This document shows, piece by piece, positions 59,324 through 64,000 of a stretch of DNA of 64,000 nucleotides (its first letter is position 1; every line of letters starts with the position of its first letter). The position numbers were made by a program, and so were the translations under genes. The stretch spans positions 302,940-366,939 of the forward strand of contig JBAZBY010000001.1 in NCBI GenBank assembly GCA_041671225.1, read 5' to 3'. Origin of the DNA: Patescibacteria group bacterium. Its GTDB lineage: Bacteria; Patescibacteriota; Patescibacteriia; JBAZBY01. The notes beneath the pieces were generated by a model. It did not search any database. It was not told where the DNA came from and saw only the letters and a program-made list of their open reading frames with translations.

Positions 59324-61981
59324 ATGTATCTCGAGAAATTTGAACTACGCGGCTTCAAGTCCTTCGCTGACCCGGTAACATTGACGTTTACCCCGGGCAT
59401 TACGGCTATTGTGGGGCCTAACGGTTCTGGAAAATCAAACGTTTCAGACGCTATCCGTTGGGTGCTCGGTGAGCAGTCCATGAAGCTTCTGCGCGGGAAA
59501 CGATCTGAGGATGTTATTTTTTCTGGCTCAGACCGCAAGAGCCAGCTTGGCATGGCGGAGGTCTCCATGACCATCAACAACAGCGACGGCAAGATGCCCG
59601 TTGATCACAGCGAAGTGACCATCACGCGTCGTGTGTACCGTTCTGGCGAGGGCGAGTATCTTCTGAATAAAAAAACGGCAAAGCTGCAGGACATGCTCAT
59701 GCTTTTTGCCAAGGCCCACTTTGGACAGAAATCGTATTCAGTTGTTGGTCAGGGGATGATTGACGCGATTCTTGTTGCCACACCCACTGAGCGCAAGAAT
59801 TTTTTTGATGAAGCAGCCGGCGTGCGACAGTATCAGATGAAGCGAGAACAAACCATTCGTCGTCTTGATGAGACGCGGGAAAACCTTGGGAAGGCAGAAA
59901 TGCTGATGGGTGAGATTGAACCGCATTTGCGCTCACTCACGCGTCAGGTGAGGCGCCTAGAGCGCCGTGGAGAGGTAGAAGGTGAGCTACATGATATTCA
60001 GAGTGCATATTACGCGCGCCGTTATTGGCTTATTAAGCAGGAGGAAAGTACCTTTACCCAGAAGTGTGATGCGCATGAGCAGGAACTTGGCGGCGTGAAG
60101 CAGCGGGTCGATGAGACACAAAAAGCACTTGAGCAACTGGAAAAAGAACAAGGACGCGAGGAGCGTTTTCAAAGATTGCAGCAGGAGTATTCAGCCATGC
60201 TTGAGCAGAAGAATCGCCTCCTTCGCGAATCAGCAGAACTCAAGGGGCGTCTTGATGCGGATGCGATCAGCAAGGGAGACTTGCCTGTCGTGTGGCTTAA
60301 GAAGCGCAAGGAAGAATTGGAAAATGACCTTACGCGCTATGAGGAACAGCAGGAGCAGCTTCGCGGCAAAGCAACAAAGCTCGCACAGGAGCAGAAATCA
60401 ACGGATCGTGAACTTAACGGAGTACGCGATGCGTTTAGCAAAGCAACCAGTGCATTTGATGCTATGAGGAATATATTGGAGCAGCTCGATGCTCCAGAGA
60501 TGATTGTGAAAGAAGCGGAGCGCCTTGCCGGTGACCATGCCGCGTTTGTGCAAGAAGCAGAAAAAACTGAATCCCTTGAGAAATTAAAGAGTCTCTTGAA
60601 GGATGCAAGCGTTGTGCAGAAGAAGCTCACTGCCTTTGCAGAAAAGCTCGTGCGTTATACGGCGTCGGACCCACGCACCTTTTTGGACTTGCACGAGTCT
60701 ATTCAGAAGACGCTCACGCGTCGCGCAGAATTAGAGCAGCGATCTGTTATGCAGGAGCAGGAGCAGGCAGGCATTGAGCGCGAATCATCCATGCAGGAAC
60801 AGTTCATGAGCGGGATTCGTGAGGAACTTGAGCGTGTGCGAAAAGAGTTGAAGCGAGCAGATACCAGCGATAAAAAGGAAGCAGGCGATGCAACGAGTGA
60901 GGAACTCTCTGAGATTGAAGAAAAAATCACAGAACTGAACACCCGCCTTACGGTGCTCCGTACGACTATTGCCGAGTTTAATACACAAGAAGAAGGAAAA
61001 CGCGAAGAGCTCTTTCGGCTGCAGAAGGGTTTTCGCGATGAGCAGCAAGAACTCAACAACATTACACAAAAACTCAATGCGGTGCGCGTGGAATTGGCAA
61101 AGATTCAAGCACATCGCGAAGATTTAGAACGTGAACTGCGAGGTGAACTTCCCGAAGCACGCACCACTGAAGTATTTGAAGCAAAGGAGCCAAAAGAGGT
61201 AGACATTGCGGCGAGCGAGCGTGAAATTGAAAGACTCAAACATCAACTGGAGCTTATTGGGGGTATTGATGAGGGCGTGCAGGAAGAATATTCTGAGACG
61301 AATGAACGCTTTGAAAAACTTTCTGTACAGACAGAGGATCTCATTAAAGCTATTGCGGATTTAGAGAAAGCCATCGCAGAGTTAGATATAACCATCAAGC
61401 GCGAGTTCATGCGCAGCTTTGAGAAGATTAATAAAGAGTTTGGTAAATATTTCAAAGGCCTGTTTGAAGGAGGTCGCGCTGAGCTTGTGCTTATTAAGGA
61501 AGAGCCGCGCGAAGAGAGTGATGATGCAGATGAGGACGACGACGAAGATGACGATGCAAGTGAGGACGACGTGTTACCCGAGAAGAAGCCAAGCGGTGAA
61601 AAGGTAGTGACCGGCGTGGACATTCGCGCAGTTCCGCCTGGCAAGCGTGTTTCCACCATCAATATGCTTTCTGGTGGGGAGCGCGCGCTTACCTCCATTG
61701 CGTTACTCTCAGCTATCATCGCAACCAACCCTTCACCATTTGTCTTTTTGGATGAAGTGGATGCCGCGCTTGATGAAGCAAACTCCCAGCGCTTTGCACG
61801 CATTCTCAAGGATCTTGCGAGCAAGACGCAGTTCATTGCGGTGACGCATAACCGTGCGACGATGGAGCAGGCAGACATTCTCTACGGCGTAACCATGGGG
61901 AACGACAGCGTATCAAAGATCCTCTCCGTGAAGATGGAAGAGGTAGATAAGGTTATTGCGTCACAGGGCAACCGGCGATAG
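59324..61981 (+). CDS. smc: SMC-family chromosome condensation ATPase, compact (885 aa), no recognisable hinge, polyacidic insertion before signature motif
   Basis: N-terminal Walker A GPNGSGKSN, long coiled-coil sequence, C-terminal PPGKRVSTINMLSGGERALTSIALL signature and Walker B FVFLDEVDAALD. DEDDDEDDD tract around 61530-61570. Confidence 0.8.
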   Translation: MYLEKFELRGFKSFADPVTLTFTPGITAIVGPNGSGKSNVSDAIRWVLGEQSMKLLRGKRSEDVIFSGSDRKSQLGMAEVSMTINNSDGKMPVDHSEVTITRRVYRSGEGEYLLNKKTAKLQDMLMLFAKAHFGQKSYSVVGQGMIDAILVATPTERKNFFDEAAGVRQYQMKREQTIRRLDETRENLGKAEMLMGEIEPHLRSLTRQVRRLERRGEVEGELHDIQSAYYARRYWLIKQEESTFTQKCDAHEQELGGVKQRVDETQKALEQLEKEQGREERFQRLQQEYSAMLEQKNRLLRESAELKGRLDADAISKGDLPVVWLKKRKEELENDLTRYEEQQEQLRGKATKLAQEQKSTDRELNGVRDAFSKATSAFDAMRNILEQLDAPEMIVKEAERLAGDHAAFVQEAEKTESLEKLKSLLKDASVVQKKLTAFAEKLVRYTASDPRTFLDLHESIQKTLTRRAELEQRSVMQEQEQAGIERESSMQEQFMSGIREELERVRKELKRADTSDKKEAGDATSEELSEIEEKITELNTRLTVLRTTIAEFNTQEEGKREELFRLQKGFRDEQQELNNITQKLNAVRVELAKIQAHREDLERELRGELPEARTTEVFEAKEPKEVDIAASEREIERLKHQLELIGGIDEGVQEEYSETNERFEKLSVQTEDLIKAIADLEKAIAELDITIKREFMRSFEKINKEFGKYFKGLFEGGRAELVLIKEEPREESDDADEDDDEDDDASEDDVLPEKKPSGEKVVTGVDIRAVPPGKRVSTINMLSGGERALTSIALLSAIIATNPSPFVFLDEVDAALDEANSQRFARILKDLASKTQFIAVTHNRATMEQADILYGVTMGNDSVSKILSVKMEEVDKVIASQGNRR

Positions 61982-62074
61982 CATTGAGTCATTATATTAT
62001 TTAAGGGACAGCGTAGTACCGCCTCCCTATTTTTTGTGTGTTATACTGGTAGCGCTTAAAAATAATGATTTTGT

Positions 62075-62485
62075 ATGGAATATACGCCACGTCAAAAAGC
62101 TGTTCTCGCTAACAATAAGACGAAAATGGCATGGTATGCGATTCTCGGCTTTGAAGTACTAGGGATAGTGTTTTCTATTATTGCGTTGGTATATTCCATT
62201 AACGCGAGCGCGACGATTTTTGAAGCATCGTCAGTGGCCGGCCTTATCACGCTCGGAAGTTTTACACTAAGCTTTCTCATTGTCTTGTGGATACTTTGGG
62301 GTATATGGAAACTTGAACGATGGGTGCAGGTGGTACTTTGGATTTTTGCCGTTTTTGCCCTGTTGACGTTTAATCTTATTAATTTGGTTATTGCTGTTAT
62401 TGTTGTACTAGCGTATCGTTGGATTTTGAAAAAAATTGATGTCGCGTCAACGCCAAAGGCAAACATTCCGGACGCGTCCAAATAA
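62075..62485 (+). CDS. Hypothetical small membrane protein
   Basis: 136 aa with 4 TM segments. Confidence 0.45.
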   Translation: MEYTPRQKAVLANNKTKMAWYAILGFEVLGIVFSIIALVYSINASATIFEASSVAGLITLGSFTLSFLIVLWILWGIWKLERWVQVVLWIFAVFALLTFNLINLVIAVIVVLAYRWILKKIDVASTPKANIPDASK

Positions 62486-62656
62486 AAAGGCGGACCCGAG
62501 CGCATTGTAGGCATAGCGCTCAGGTCCTCGACAGGCATCAGGTAGAGGGCAAGCTCGCCCATGTTGCGCCGGTTAGGAGGGCGCTCGGTGGGTGGGCTAC
62601 GCATCCTGGATGCTGTCGTGAGAACATCCTAGCGGACTCTCCGCAAGGCAGCAAGT

Positions 62657-62696
62657 AAAAACCAAAAACCGCCCTTGCGGGCGGCCTTGGTTTTTG
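62657..62696. terminator. Bidirectional terminator hairpin (strong for minus-strand hup, weaker for plus strand)
   Basis: aaaaacc-gccc-ttgc-gggc-ggccttggttttt; ccgccc/gggcgg stem flanked by an A-run and a T-run. Confidence 0.5.
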
Positions 62697-62768
62697 AAGT
62701 TGAAAGAACTCTATTCCCCGTCCGAAGCCCGTGAGGGCGAAGGCGGGGGAGAAGTCCCGTAGGACTAT

Positions 62769-63050
62769 TTAGAGGATAGCGTCTTTCGCGGCCTTTGCCA
62801 AGCGGAATTTCAGAACCACTTTTGCTGGGATCTGAATCTGCTCACCCGTTGCTGGGTTGCGACCCATGCGAGCTGCGCGGTTCTTCTTCACCATTTTTCC
62901 CAATCCTGGGATGGTGAATTCACCATTTGCCTTTGTTTCCGCATATGCGGTTTCGACGAGCATGTCGATGAACTCTTGAACCTCTTTTTTGCTCTTTCCG
63001 GACTTTTCCGAAAGATGATTCATGAGTTGGCTTTTTGTCATTCCTGCCAT
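62769..63050 (-). CDS. hup: HU/IHF-family DNA-binding protein
   Basis: 93 aa. MNHLSEKSGKSKKEVQEFIDML... and the beta-arm GRNPATGEQIQIPAK. Confidence 0.85.
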   Translation of the reverse strand: MAGMTKSQLMNHLSEKSGKSKKEVQEFIDMLVETAYAETKANGEFTIPGLGKMVKKNRAARMGRNPATGEQIQIPAKVVLKFRLAKAAKDAIL

Positions 63051-63215
63051 ACGTCTATAAAAATTAATTAGTGAACGTTTTTCCTACGAAATCTTAGCAA
63101 ATACGCGAAAAATGCGCCAGCCCGTTATATTTTTAGTTATCAACACCACCTAGATGTTGATTCGGGTGGTATGTATTTCCAAAAGAGGCGACTGTTTGTG
63201 AGGTCTTTTTGTTTT

Positions 63216-63833
63216 TTATTTTTTGAATCGAAGAAAGGATTTTATGGGAAGAAGAAGGAGTGTGCCCATCAGTGAAAGTGCCGTTGTCATCATAATAAGC
63301 GCAGGAAAACCAATAGTAATGGCAATATACCCGCCAATAGCGGAAAAAGCAGCACTGGAGAGATCCGTGAGGGTAAAATAAACACCCCACTCCGTCCCTT
63401 CCTTATGTGTATCAATATGGCGGGTAAAGATTGCCATGTATGAAGGAAATGTCATAGCAGTGGCTAGTCCATAGAAGAATTGCACAATATAGAGATGCAG
63501 TGGTGTGGTGATCATGAGGTAGGCGAGTGGGAGGAGTGCCGTAATTATGGAAAAAGTAAGCATCACATAAAAATCATCCTTTTCGCCACGAATTTTGTCG
63601 ATAAACATTGCGACCGGAATTTGACCAAGGCTTTTTGTGAGGAGGTAGATTGCGGCAGCAATACCAGCGACTGCTGCGTTACCGCCTACAATAAAATCTT
63701 CAATGAACAGCGCAAAAATAGGCCCGAGCAGGCCGCCGGCGCCCACGATAATAATATCCGAGGCGATCAAAAATTGGATCACCGCATTAATATCACGGAA
63801 GAGGTAGTGCTTAACAGGGATACTGCGTTTCAT
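63216..63833 (-). CDS. Half-size MFS-like 6-TM protein (resembles C-terminal half of an MFS transporter)
   Basis: 205 aa with 6 TM segments. Starts 8 nt after the upstream ATPase stop, so there is no room for an N-terminal half. Confidence 0.45.
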   Translation of the reverse strand: MKRSIPVKHYLFRDINAVIQFLIASDIIIVGAGGLLGPIFALFIEDFIVGGNAAVAGIAAAIYLLTKSLGQIPVAMFIDKIRGEKDDFYVMLTFSIITALLPLAYLMITTPLHLYIVQFFYGLATAMTFPSYMAIFTRHIDTHKEGTEWGVYFTLTDLSSAAFSAIGGYIAITIGFPALIMMTTALSLMGTLLLLPIKSFLRFKK

Positions 63834-63841
63834 ACGAGTGT

Positions 63842-64000
63842 TTAGTGTACGTCGATACCCGTTGTCACACGGAGCACTTCTTCGATACTTGTCATGCCAG
63901 CCATCGCCTTTGCAATACCGTCCTGGCGCAGTGTGAGCATGCCTTTTTCTTTTGCGTATTGAAGCATTTCCTGCCCAGGACTGCCCGCGATAATCATGTT
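63842..64000 (-). CDS. GspE/PilB-family secretion ATPase, C-terminal 52 codons (5'-truncated by window edge)
   Basis: Hand-translated ...MIIAGSPGQEMLQYAKEKGMLTLRQDGIAKAMAGMTSIEEVLRVTTGIDVH*. This resembles the C-terminus of the PilB at 8465-10165 (MVQDGLLKALEGITTIEEVFRV). Confidence 0.5.
   Translation of the reverse strand, partial: NMIIAGSPGQEMLQYAKEKGMLTLRQDGIAKAMAGMTSIEEVLRVTTGIDVH

Noticed and set aside
62500-62570. SRP (4.5S) RNA
   Set aside because: caggtcc resembles the 5' strand of helix 8, but the GGAA tetraloop and GGAAGCAGCC 3' strand are absent.
62092-62604. 170-aa minus-strand ORF spanning the small membrane protein gene and the GC-rich intergenic region
   Set aside because: It is antisense to a plausible membrane protein gene and runs through a hairpin-rich non-coding tract. 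Its proline/arginine-rich low-complexity translation is typical of GC-rich non-coding frames.

Overview
This 64-kb chromosomal segment is gene-dense, with about 48-50% GC overall (hand-counted sample windows), roughly 75 CDS on both strands and 6 tRNAs. It covers a classical replication-origin neighbourhood: rnpA-rpmH diverging from dnaA-dnaN plus a DciA-like gene, yidD-yidC, and DnaA-box-like repeats. The rest is mostly housekeeping genes (valS, tsaD, tsaE, ftsH, rpsA, gyrA, rpmF, nusB, rnc, smc, hup, rplS, rluD, cca, ruvB, pepA) and a large set of cell-envelope genes: PBP1A, MurJ, SpoIID/LytB, VanW, a Wzx-type flippase, a GT2 glycosyltransferase, two O-antigen-ligase-like proteins and two C39-like peptidase-domain proteins. 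There are also two GspE/PilB-family ATPases (one cut by the window edge) and many small membrane or secreted hypotheticals. Gene content and style (short YidC, orphan trpB, PF09826/COG4880 beta-propeller protein, ribosomal proteins with tails, tRNA-Ile(UAU), no outer-membrane genes) suggest a small-genome lineage such as Patescibacteria/CPR; this is inference only. I recognised no CRISPR array, rRNA, transposase or integrase. The most unusual signals are: (1) a 19-bp duplication of the tRNA-Glu 3' end next to a GC-rich orphan trpB with an attenuator-like leader; (2) two intergenic elements bounded by ~19-bp inverted repeats; (3) an unannotated 43-aa lysine-rich protein gene with twin palindromic operators; (4) an SPP/presenilin-like intramembrane protease gene beside a beta-propeller secreted protein; (5) a hinge-less 885-aa SMC; (6) an intragenic tandem duplication in the spoIID-like gene. 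All protein calls come from motif recognition by eye on the supplied translations, not from database searches, and start codons are often uncertain because several track ORFs begin at TTG/GTG.
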